From assembly GCA_012295275.1 (NCBI GenBank), contig CM022665.1, positions 30,442,001-30,506,000 on the forward strand: 64,000 bases of DNA. The letters run 5' to 3'. Each line of letters starts with the position of its first letter. The stretch's first letter is position 1. The notes below the pieces were generated by a model that saw only the letters and a list, made by a program, of their open reading frames with translations, was not told where the DNA came from and did no database searches. Source of the stretch: Chrysomallon squamiferum. Its lineage: Eukaryota > Animalia > Mollusca. The position numbers were made by a program, and so were the translations under genes. Positions 13,209 through 26,700 of this stretch are shown here, one piece after another.

Positions 13209-16200
13209 CAAATGTTTGTGAACAAAATGTAAGATTACAGTTACTGGTAAGTTATTTGCTTTTGCATGATTTGTTTTTGATTGTTTTTTATTTTAAATTA
13301 AAATGTGTGTTACTTATTGACAACAGAAAATCAATTATTCATTAAAGAGAAACATATATGTGCTTCAGTTTGTCCATAAATTTGAACAATTATGTTTTCT
13401 AATGAGTTCATTTACTTATTTTTTATTTTTATTTTTTTTAAATATGTCCTAATCATTATTAATAGGAAAAAAATTGTCCGATACATCAAAACATCTAAAG
13501 TTACATATGGCTGAAACTTTAAAAACGTGTGTGTGTGTGTGTTTGTTCATCAATTTGTTAATAAAACTAAAAGATTATGGTTGCTATTTAGTTCATTTTG
13601 CCTTTACACAAAAAAATCTAAGTTATTAATAGCAGAAAATCATTTCTACAATATGTAAAAACAGAGTACTTTTGGAATTAAACTCAACATTTATCAATTG
13701 CCATGTATATTTGAAGTTATAAATTAGTGATTATATAAATCTAACTTTAAAAAAAAATTATTTCATTTTTCTTACAAGACAGGTGACATCAGATGAAGAT
13801 ATATTTAATTTTAGAAAGACCATACAGTTTTAAGCATCTCTCTCTCTCCGAGGTTATAATACTTAAGAATATAAAGTCATTTTAGAATGTTAAAAAGTTA
13901 TCATTAGAAATACAGGCATCATCACATAATTGCACTCTAAGATTACAGGGTTAAGTTATGTTAATAAGTTATTTCATGCTAAATATATTTACACTCAAGG
14001 TTATATTCACATAAACAGTTTGCATGTAATAATTTAAAAGACAGGTAGTTGTGTTAGTATGTTAACAGGTTTTTAGATTAAACATCATCATCTTTTAAAC
14101 TCATTATAAATACAATCTCAAGGTTACATATGATCAAAGCATATTTGGGTGGAGAATACTGGTGATTTTAATGATATAAAAAAACAACAACATAAAGTGC
14201 TGCTGGCTTTGAAAATACCATCTGCTACTGGACACACATGAAGGAACACTTTATAATGCAGCAGCTCTCTGACATAATTAAGCCAATGCTTGAGGGCAAA
14301 CAAACATGGGCACACCATGCTCTGTTTGCTTGCTGGATGCATCCTGATAAACCTGCCAGTCAAACAAGGACCAACATTAAGGAATCCTCACTTATCAATA
14401 ATCCTTCATTTAACCAGCTACTCTCATCTCCTGTCACAGCTCTTTACTGGGTAGAAGAAAAAAATGACAGTGTATCACTTCAGGCAATAATACTGTAATA
14501 ATAATATATGTAGTCTGCAAAATGTATTTCCAAAAACAACAAGAACAAGTCTTTCATGTACAGTACATTTAGGGCAACTGGCAGTAAAGGAGAATAGTTT
14601 TGGTCATTTTTAACATTTCTCAATGCCACTTGTTTAAAACTGTTATAGCTTAATTGTATTTATATGTGTATGCATCTGCAAGTGTGTGTGTGTGTTTGTC
14701 TGACTGCCTGTATCCTTCTCTGTGTACTTATGAATTATATATTTGTGTGGACAAATGAATTTTAGATTTTAGCCTTTGCAATTATCACCAAAAAAAAACA
14801 AAAAACATTGACAAAAGAATTTTTCGAACAGTAAGAATAACAAATAAACATGTTTGTGGATAAATGAACTCAGATTATGGAAATAGCTGATTTTATTCAG
14901 AAAACAAATTTCTGGACAGCCTCCAGTTCTCAATAATAACATTGTTGATTTCATATCAGCATTTTTCTACACTGCTGGCATTTTCATCAGTGTGATTATT
15001 ATCATCTATAAGCAGGTGAATGGCTAACTGCAAGCTGTCAGTTAAAAACACATATTGTACATTCAATACTGCTAGCATCTACAGTGCTGTACATACATAC
15101 ACACTCTCAACCATGTCTAACTGCTTGCACTCATCCATAAAATTAACACTTCAGTTAATTACTGCTTACATTCCTCGTGTTGTCATCTTCTCAGGCAAAT
15201 ATGTTGTTTTGTGTGCATGCATGTTTAGAGAAAGTAAGCAAGCATGTATCTCTGACCATTGCAAACACACATTTATTAATATTTCTGCTGAAACTAGTAA
15301 ACCGTTACTCATTCAAAAACATATTAGTAAAGGTTGGAGAGGGGTTGAATAAATAAGAAATTTGTATTGCTCTGTGGTTTGCTAAATGAAACATGAAACA
15401 TGAAATTCTTCAAGAATTAACTTCTGTATAGAGGTTCAGTTTGTATCCAAGCATTTTGTGCATTAGCAATATCTACTGTATTTATCAAAATAATCTGCAT
15501 CGTTCATTTTAGATCTTTATAAAAATAAACAACCAAAAAATATGCCTTTGCAAAAGAATTGTTTCCATGTCAGTTTTTACCTTTATATTTTCTACTTGGA
15601 TATGTAATAAGAATTTTTTTTTAAACAAAAACAATCAGAAAGAACAAAATTTTTTTTTTTTTTTTTAAATGAATATTTTGCAAATTTTCACAGATTTACT
15701 ACAAGAATTACTGGAACTCAAACAGTATTATGTGTATGTTAATGTTACGGTTACAAGCATTTTTTAACAAATTATTTCAGTTTACAATCAACAACCTAAA
15801 TTGGTAAAAAACACAAAACAACATTTTAATCAGAAAATATCTTACAAAGACATTAGCTGCTAATTAAACAGCATTACAACCACACGTACATGTTTGTAAC
15901 ACTGTATTGCCAAACAAGTATTTTGCAAAGCACATGTCCTACCTGCAAATGTGGCCTAACTAAAATTTCACTGAATGGAATGCTACCTAATTAACACTGT
16001 TTAATCAACAAGCTATTAGCCAGGGGTTCAACATATGGTAATTGTTACTTTATTTATCTGCTAACCAGGAAGAAAACTCAAAAAATAATCAAAAAAATTC
16101 TTCCTTTCACAAAAAAAATGTATCTTTCTTGTCTCAAGTTTTATATAAAACATGTAAGATCTAAAAAGAAAGAAAAGTCAGTGTGTAGAATTTAACACAG

Positions 16201-19200
16201 TAACACAGAGATAGCAAAAACAGTGTCTATAACTCAATATCAAAGATACATAAATTAGTGTTTACAAATATATCTAAGATACTTAAAGAAAAGTTAGTTT
16301 TTAGAATTTAACATACAATTCCAATTAGTAAAAGTTCATTTCTTTTATTTCTGAATTAGAGAAATGCACATGACGTAACTTGAAAAAAACAAGTTTTCAC
16401 TGACTGTAAATTCAAGCTGACAGTTTTATTTTTTATTTGAATGATGAAATTTGTATTCAATGTAAAGTCAGTTTCAACAGATAATTGTCTGTTCTGTAAA
16501 AAAAAAAAGTCAATTTGATAGTTCTATGACTAGATCTAAAATCCAGCTCATCTACACAACAGATACATTTAATAAAAAAAAATTGTTTTATGTCCTAGTT
16601 TTTGTATTATAAGATGTAAAAGAAAAAAACAATGTAGTTTGCAGCTGATAAAATTATGTGACTTGCATCAGTCATATACAGATGATAATTGTCATTAACC
16701 AAAGATGACACTAGAAATAATGACCAATTACTGTTCTATACTTCAGAAGTGATAGAAATTCTAATTACTCAGCTGCTGCTAAACAAGACATAAAGTACAT
16801 ATGTATCATAGTGATGTATAATCCATCTGCACATACAGTAATTAACTGCATACAGATGTCTAGTGCTTCTTTTCAGTTTACTTAAATGTTGAATCTGCAT
16901 TTTCATACTATTTGATGCACTTATTTCAGTTATTAATAATACATAAAAAAGATGCTATTTTTGCAACTCTGGATCAATTTAATAACAGGGTAAGATGCTA
17001 AACAAGACATAACGACATGGGTTTGTGGGTCCTTAAGACACATTTTCAACAGTCTGAAGGACTGCCTCTTCTCTTATTATGCAAATCTTAGCATTTGTGT
17101 CCAGTCTGGAATGACCTCATGTAGACTGGGATCAGTGAGTTTTGTAATTCATTTACTTTATCATTGAACTTGTGCAGTAGCTCCAAGTATTGTGAAGAAT
17201 GCTATGTCACTGCAAACTGCTTTTAGCAACCAGTTTCATTGATTACCAAATGATTAGGAAGTCCTTGTATCAAATGAGAGATTTTCATCTCTCTGTAGCA
17301 TATTAACATTTTGCCTAAAGTCATATATGTGACGTCTGGTCACTTTCTGGTAAATCATTTAGCAAGATTTTCATGAAGTACAATTGACACTGGCACAGAC
17401 GGAGCATACAGAACCTTGTTGTTTTCTGAATCCTTAAGTCAACAAAAAAAATATATGTTTATTTTTACATCAATGTAGCAGTACTTATACAATAAAATCA
17501 TTGATGCATGTTAAGTCTAATTCAAAGCCATGATTCTGTGTTGGCTGAACAACAATGGCCATTCTGGAATCATATTCATGACATTTCCTATTTTAGATAT
17601 ATAATTAAGCCCTTTTTATTAAAATATTAAAGCAAGATATAAATAGACTGATCAATTTTATATTTATCAGATAATTATTATCTTCAGGAATACTTCAAAA
17701 AAATAAATAAAAAAAATGATGGTAGCAAAGAACAAAATTAATGACTTCATGCAAACTGTAAACCCTGAAATTCATTCTCTGTATACTTTATTAACAATGA
17801 CAAAGACATAAACAGCTCGAGAAAAACATCAAAATACTATCATGTTGGCAGACTTTTCTTTATGGTCACCTGTTTTTTTTAAATATTTACCTTCATACAT
17901 TTTTTCAGTTTTTCAACAGCATAATTCCAATGTATTATATTAAGTACTGATTATATTTAATGACTACTAACATGATTGCTTTAATAGTCACAATATTCCC
18001 AGTTATAACAGAATGCTTGGTGGTTAGCATCAATTTTCATCAGTCTCATATAATGCCTGCATATTCCATACTTCTACTGTAATTCACATTTTTGTCATTA
18101 GATAACATTATCCACTCATTAGATAAAGATTAAACTTTGTAAACAATCAAATATAAAATTTTTTTTTTTTATCATCAGAAAACATTTTTATACACAGAAT
18201 GTAATTTTGAAGTGTAACATGTCTAGTTTGATACAACAGATGTTATACAGTAAATGAAATACAGCTAAATATAAATGTAAGAATAAAACAACAGTATGCT
18301 AATTATACTGTTAATGCACTTTTTTATTAAGTTTTCATTCTTTATAAGAATATATAATGTCAGCCTGTTTTTAAGGAAATGCTTTAGGACTGTACAATTA
18401 TTTCAATTATTTAAGGATATACAAAATGTTAAGAGTATAGAGATTACTATGTACATTATTTATAAACTTAGAATTATCAAATTAAATGACTTACAAAAGG
18501 CAAATTGTGACTACCATTTGTTTTTTATCTTCTTTTTAATCTTTATTTTTCTTCTTTTTTTTTTTTTCTTTACTCCATGTATTCAGAATTTAATATTTAA
18601 TAGCTGGTAGTAGATGTATTTTGGTAGGTCTATTTCTTTATCTGACTAATCTAAAATCCTCACAGAACATCTGTGCATTTTTCATTAAGAAGAGGTTTAA
18701 ATCTGTGAATGCCACAGACAAGGGCATCAATTAATAACAATAGTCAACATGTGATAGCTAACAAGCCTGTCTATAACTGTTATCACATAACTTGATGTAA
18801 GTCTACTCTAGTCTGATTCCACTAACAATGATGGATTTGATGACACTCATCTGTCTACAGCAAACAGGTTTTTCATTGACAAGCAACATTTACAAAATGG
18901 CATTTATCCAGATGTCATAAATTTCCACAAGAATGAACTGGAAGAAAGTTATGGTGATGCTTGTTTTCTTTAGTCTGTCATTATTTACAGAAAGTGGCAT
19001 TATCACGCTGGACCTAGTTATGAGAAAATTCTTCTTTCTTAATCTTTCATATTGATGGAATATTGACATTAAAGGATACATTAGTGTAACATATGATTTT
19101 ATTAAATATTTCTTTTTATTCTGACATTCTTTAAAATCATATTCACTACAGAAATTAACACCATCCTAAGAATACAGAATAACAGAATTATTAAAGATAT

Positions 19201-21619
19201 TAAAAATTTTAAAAATGAGAATGTAATAATTTACTAAACTTAAGGTTGTTGAAGGTTCATTTTCTATTTTTTTTTTTTTTTTTTTTGATGAAATGGAAAA
19301 TATCAGTCTTTATACATTTTCACAAGTTGATAATTTTATTATAACATTACAATATGTAAGACAGTATCCTGGAAATAAACAAAAATACACTATCAAAAAT
19401 GCATTTAAAATAGTAAGCTTGAAATAAATTTCAATTCTCTGGTCTTGACAGCAAAGTAGATTCACATATACTTAACAGTCACCTATGAAGACCATACATC
19501 AAACCAAAATAACATTGATTTTTTTAAAATGAAAACCATTTTCAAAATAATCTTTTAAGATCTAAACCAGCAATTAACCATTAAAGAAGTAGATCTGAAC
19601 CAAAAAACAAATAAATAATTAAATATAGTTCCATTCCAAAAAGCTACAATTTTGGTCAGTGCCTGGAAATATAAATTTTTATCTAGTCATCATATCTTTC
19701 CAAAACATATAGTGACTGTAGGATAAATTATAATAACTATTCACTGCACTTGATGGATTATGGTCTCATTTAATCTGGCTTTTGGTTTTAGCTGGTTGAC
19801 TAATTACTGTTATTCTGCAATTATTGATTATCAGTTAAACAATCAGCTCAAATGAGAAACAATCAGAGAGAGATTATCTGCTGTAAGTATCATACTAAAA
19901 TGATGAAATAACATCAATGTTTGAATACACCAGTTCAACAGAGCAGAACTTTATTTACTATGATGGCCACTGTTTGAATCATTAGAATACATAAAACATT
20001 AAATAAAAATAGGCATAGTTAAAAAATCCTATATATAGATGAACTGTGTTTATTTAAAATCTTAATGGACCATTAAATAGTCTATCACAGGGCTTATTTC
20101 AGTAAAACTTTTAATGTTTATAGATTAAACTAAATAAATCTGTATCTAATTGTTGTTATTCCTTACACACTAAATGTAATAGTAACAACAGCAACAACAA
20201 CAAAAGTAATAACTAAAATTAAATACAAAGGTTTTCTGATTTCAGTTAAGGAATGTTGACCTGTGTTCACTCACACACACACACAAATATCAGGCAAATA
20301 ATTGTTTGTTGTTAATGGATATAAATTAGCAAAACTTTTCTGTGACATGAAAGCATTTTTATTTCGATATTCTGAATGTTTTATATATTTACTAAACCAA
20401 GCCTTTGTTTACATTTCACATTATTCTAAGTAATTGTTTCATCTGGCAGCTAATAATCATTTATCAGTAAGTGCATACAATATATTATATGGTCATGTGT
20501 TTGTGATATGATGTGTGTGTGTGATAGACAGAAACAAAGAAAGAAAACAAGAATGACAATATTTTTGTTTGTGCATGAATGACTATGTATGAATTAGTTG
20601 CAGTTTAGTATTATTTTGAAGCATATCATATGTGCATTTGTTTCCAGCTGTTAGGTACACATATTTGTAGAGTTTTAAAATGTAAATAATAAACATGTAC
20701 TTACACTTATCTTATTGGCCAGGCCCAAGCGAATATCATTGACTTGTGAACATTCAAGAACTTGTCCTTCCTGCAAATAAAGTGTTTCTACATTTAATAT
20801 TACATAATATGAAAATAAAACAACATTTCATACAAACAGTTATCTAACATTATTTGGAAAAGACAGCAGTCAGAACTGCAAATAATATTATACTAAAATC
20901 CATTTGTTTTAAAATGCTATTATGTTTTTAATTATTTTGTGGAATAATTATGTGAATGCTGCAGAAAAGGAAATATGACAATTATAAATGATGCATGTCT
21001 CAAAACTGACATTAATAATTGTATTTTTGTTTCCATTTATACTAATTACACATGGTCCATATATTATGAATTTAAGCGCATTTACACTGATTATTGTATG
21101 TATAACGTGATCTAAATCAGAATTACAGGAACATTTCCATTTCAAGTTTTGTGATGTAATTGAAAATATTCAGTGGAAATAAATTGTGTCTTTTGTCTTA
21201 ACATACTTATTTCAGATAAGAATATATTTTTAATTTCCTACAAAATTCAGTGCATTTCTGAAACAATACACAAATGCAATTGCTTTATGAGAAATCATTT
21301 TTGAAAAGGAATACTAATAAAAGTTAAAGTATGCATGTGATGGTACAAATAAATAGTCTGACAAAATTCTTTCTATTCCACATTATCATTTTATTATTTT
21401 GGTTGATACATCATCACTTACTACAATGTATGATTATAAAAAATTTAAAATGCCACTATTTTATCTTTTCACATACAATGCAAACTTACAGTTGTATTGT
21501 TCTTTGGAACAAATTTGTCTGCTTTGTACTTGATGACATCATCACAACAGAAAAATGGCAATGCCCAGATATTTTTAAATGGTATTATTTTGTTGCTATA
21601 TTTCAAAAAAGTAAGTAAG

Positions 21620-21652
<33 letters not shown>

Positions 21653-23765
21653 AAAACATTTTAAAAATGTAAAGTATGTAGAATATATTAAAACAGTTTC
21701 TCTCAAAAGGTACAGTTTAAGATTAGAATCAGCTTTAATGTTCATGAAGCTGGGTATTTAAGAATTGTAAAAGTCTGGGGTTCAGAGTTCAGCAGACATA
21801 TTGCATACATTCTTTAACTGATCCACATGAAATCTGCAGACCAAACAAATCACTCCATCTCAGAATATCTGTTTGGTCACATGTTTCTTCAAAAGACAGC
21901 CAAAGTAATTAAACACAAGCTTAGACAGACATGACTTAAAGAATGCACATAAGCAAGATTTGTTTTGAAGTGTCTAAAAATACTCATTTTGAACACCATC
22001 TAACTACCATAGAACTATTTTCTACAGAACTCTAAACCATTATAACTTTGCAAGATTTGTTGCAATATTTTAGTCTGAAAAGAACCTTTAAAGAAAATGG
22101 AAAGAGTTTTGTTAATGCATGTAATGGATAAATGTGAGGACAAATTTAATTATCTGTGTACATATGTTATGCAAAGGAAACTGTTGAAGACACAGATTTG
22201 ATTATCACAAGTACATGATGTCTGTGATATTAAATCAGCTCCAAGCAGCCAGGATTTTAAAGTACACAATTTACATCATTTGATAATTTACAGTAGTATG
22301 CTTTAGCTCAATACCCATATACCAGTACACAAAGGTTAGCAGATCACCAATAGGTTCTCCATCTCAGTATGTCCATTGGACCATCTCTTGCTCTACCTAC
22401 TACCTAATTACTGATTAACCAAAGTCATAGTATGTGTTTTCCTGTTTACTAGTATGTCATTTGTTGTTTATCAAACTAACAGCAAATGCAGCAGTAGCAC
22501 ATTTACCCCTCCTGTCATAAACTTTTCTCTTTTTTTTTTTCTTTCTTAAAGTATTTCTAACACTAAGAGTTGTTCATATTAAATATGTCTGAGGTGAATT
22601 AAATACTGATTTATTCATTTACAATTTGAGAACAAACCAATAGGCAAATAAAAAATTTTTATTCAAATTAACAGTAAATACGAAATGTTATTAGTAACAG
22701 AAAAATTATAAAGTTATGCTTTTAAATATGTAGATATTTGACTGAAAAATATACTTAATTCCATGAGTGCATTTAATTACCAAGAAATAACTGACAGAAA
22801 ACCACCAACTAATTAACCAGAACCAGTAATATTCAACTCTTATACATAAAGTACATACTTGTGAGAATTAGGTCTTAAATAATATAATATTCTCAAGAAT
22901 TATTTCTGAGATAATATTTTACAGAATCTGATCTGTAATGATTAATTCTGAACTAGATGGAATGGCCTGATTTTGCCATTTATTTGTCTATTACATGACA
23001 GGACAGGAGTATGAGGCAGAAAGTTACTGCTGTGTGGCAGCCAATTAATTGTCCCTGCCCACCAATGCTGAACTTGTTGTGATGTGCTAACAGAAATCTC
23101 TCTAATAAATTACAGCAGTGCTCAGAAAATGGTAAGTATAGCCATGGACAATCTAGATATCAAAAATAATCAATAAGAAAATAACAAATATCGGACAAAT
23201 ATTCAACCCTGTATCTCTACCCATGGAATACAGAGATATATTTAATATGTAATAAATTATATATAACTGAATCTTTACATCAAAAGTAATCGTAACAAAA
23301 TAATTAATTTGGTTATTAAATAAGGTAATTCTAATAACATAAGCAGCACTTTTTCTGCATTTGGCCAATATAATTCAATATTTCTAAATATTATGGAAGC
23401 CAAATAATGTTTCTTTTTCTTGCCTTTTTATTTTTTTATTTTTTTTACCAAGTTTATTAGTTTATAAGCACAACTAGTTAAAAATATTTTTTGTTGCTAT
23501 AGAAACAAAATCCATCAAACATATGATGTGTCTTCTTTGATCCTTTTTTTCCTTCAATAACAATGGAACTAATATTATTATATGAAAGAATACTAAATAA
23601 TAATAACACTAATACTGAAATATCTTATTATTAGTATTATTATCTGTTGATAATTAAAATATTAGAATAGAAATAAATAAATAATGTTAAAGTCTGCTTG
23701 CTATAGTATTCATAATGTTACCTAACATGACATTAAGAATTACTTTTAAACTGTATTACAGATTG

Positions 23766-23797
<32 letters not shown>

Positions 23798-26700
23798 GCA
23801 AACATATAAGTAAATATACACATTTATAAATATGCATGCATTATCATATATATTTACACATAAACACACAAGCATATACAAGATGTCCTGTAAGTTTCCA
23901 TACATATAGTCTATCTCAAGCAATGTATCACCAACACCATTACAAGCATAACTCCAGCTGTGGTTGAACGTGTTCTTCAGCGGTGGAGGACACACACTGA
24001 AATGTGTTTTCAACATAATGGCAGTCATGTACAGCATATTATATAAATAAAAATGGTTTTTCATATAAAAACATTTATTTTTCCTATGTATGGAATTTTA
24101 TGGGACACCCTGTACATACAAAAACACATAAATATAACCATATATAAATATACACTCACTAAACAACCCCACATGTACAGTGCCATCTATATACTTCCAT
24201 TATCTTTCTTAATTAACCTTTAAATTATATGTTTGGGGTAAAAAAATCAGGAAAGATGTAAATATTGTTTTTTAATCGCATGGCAACTCTCTAAGTAGCA
24301 AAAAAAACAACCACCAATAAACATTATAACAATGGATTAAAACATATGTGTAAAATGTAAAAAAATAATAAAAAACTTTTCTAACAGAAAATAAGTAATG
24401 AAATTTATCAAATGTTTATCAATATGAGTACAGCAATTGCATTTAAGATTTTTTATTGCACCATCATATTTTATTGTACAATGTAATAAAATAGACACAT
24501 TTGTAAACAATACCAGAATGGTTTTAGTTTTTTTCTTCTATATATATTCAAGAACACACACACACAAACAGATACACATACACTAACTCAAACTCACTCA
24601 CACATATTTATACATGTATGAATACACATAACAACATACATGCACACATTTAGAGAAAAATGTATTTATACATGTATTCATACATGCACACATACACATA
24701 CAAACATAGTCATCCTTAAACATGCACAGAGACACACTACTGTTTTCTTATTCCTGATCAATATTTTGTCATGTAGGTACAGACAGACTAATGGAAGAAG
24801 AGACCTCACATTAGTGTTTTGCACTGGAGTTTAATCAAGTTTGTAAATGAGAAGATTCATGTAAAAGAATATCACATACAAACTAAGAAAATCAATATGC
24901 TACATGCATTGATAAATTTTCTTTCTATACTCATAAAATAAAAACCTACTGTTAAATTCATGAATGTTTTTTTTTTTGTCTTCCATTTTCAGACTGACAT
25001 GTGACTATTTGGACAAAAAAGTAAAATTGTGCCATGAATCCTAGAGAGATTTGGTTTTTATTCAGTGAAGTTTAATTTCCAGTGCGCATTAATTACTCAT
25101 GTGACATCAGCACAAACTCTGTCTTTGACAGTCTGTGCGGATGTGTTGTTAAAGCATTAAAATCAACACATTCTATTACAACAACTATATATTCTGCTTA
25201 CCTTTAATGTGTATGTTTTGCTCTTTTCCTTTTTTTCTTTTTTTTTATTATATGTATGTCTAAGTGTGCGCTTATAATTTTTTGGTGCCCATGTTTGATA
25301 TTAAGTACACACACACAAATATGTTGGGTATTGTATTTCAATGTAAGCTGGTGGGATGTCAATGTGCGTTTTAGTGTCAGTATAACTAAACATTATTATA
25401 CACTTACCCTGCCTTCACTTTTCCAGTAGATGAAAAACCCATATTCATCAACTTTGACCAAGCAGTCTGGATCAAGTGTGGAACACTCCTGAAATTTAAA
25501 ATTCTTAAATTATTATAAATATTGGCATTAATTATATACACACACTTTGTAATGTGTATAGAAGCATAAATGTGTGTATGTATATTTGTTACACAAACAC
25601 ACACATAGAGCAAATTCTACATATATCAATATTCCTGTAAATGTAGCCTAGGGAAAATATCCACCAAAAGAAGTACATAAATATTTGTATAAATATTTTC
25701 AATAAAAATTATAACACACAAATTAGATCTCACAATTTTTTAATTGCATCAATTTATTACATTACTGTAAAATAAATTTGCAAAACTTTAATAGCATATG
25801 TTTATATATTTTTACTTACACTCAACATAGACACAAAGACAGGCACACAAAATGATTCATAATCATATTTAATTCATACCACTAAATTTTGCTTATCTGA
25901 AAGCATACAGTTAATACAAAATAGAACAGAAAAAAAAAAATGGAAAAAAGATAATAAAAAAATAATATTATATTCAAATTGTTTCCTCAAAGTACAGTGC
26001 ACCTAAACAAAACCTATAATGAATGAACTGGATACATCTGCAGAATTGATATTTCCATCAACAGTAATTAGGCACACATAATTTATTGCTGTTGATTGTT
26101 GGGATTTACTTTTTTCTTCAATACTTTTTCCATTTTGGATGTACATACACATTAATACAAATAGATTTTATAAATAAAATGTTTTCTTATATACTTATTT
26201 TTTTTATTTTTTATTTCTTATAATTATACTCTGACTGTCTTGCTCTCGGGTTTGTTTTTGTTTCTCTCTATATAGCTATCTACCTATTAATTTGTCTTTT
26301 GTTCTCTCATATACCCATTAAAAAACACACAAAAATACAAATTTACATGTCAACAAATTGTAAAATCTATGAAATAGTGAAATATTATTCACAAATTCAC
26401 ACTTTCAAAAACTTAATCCATTACTCTTTATTAAACATAATGCCCCATAATATATTTTCATTCAGTATAGTATTTTGTTACTTGTTTGGTGCTGTGAACT
26501 TGAAAACTAATAAATTAATTCCAACGTAACTCAGTCACGTTTCAACAACTTTCAGGTGTTAAATGATAAACATGAATACATGCTGTGTAGCCTCATTTAT
26601 TTTAATGTATATATGTGATAAATAAACAACATGTAATACACCAGTGTAATTTCATTACGAGGTAAAATAAATGTACTTGTATTACAAAACCGATTTAATA

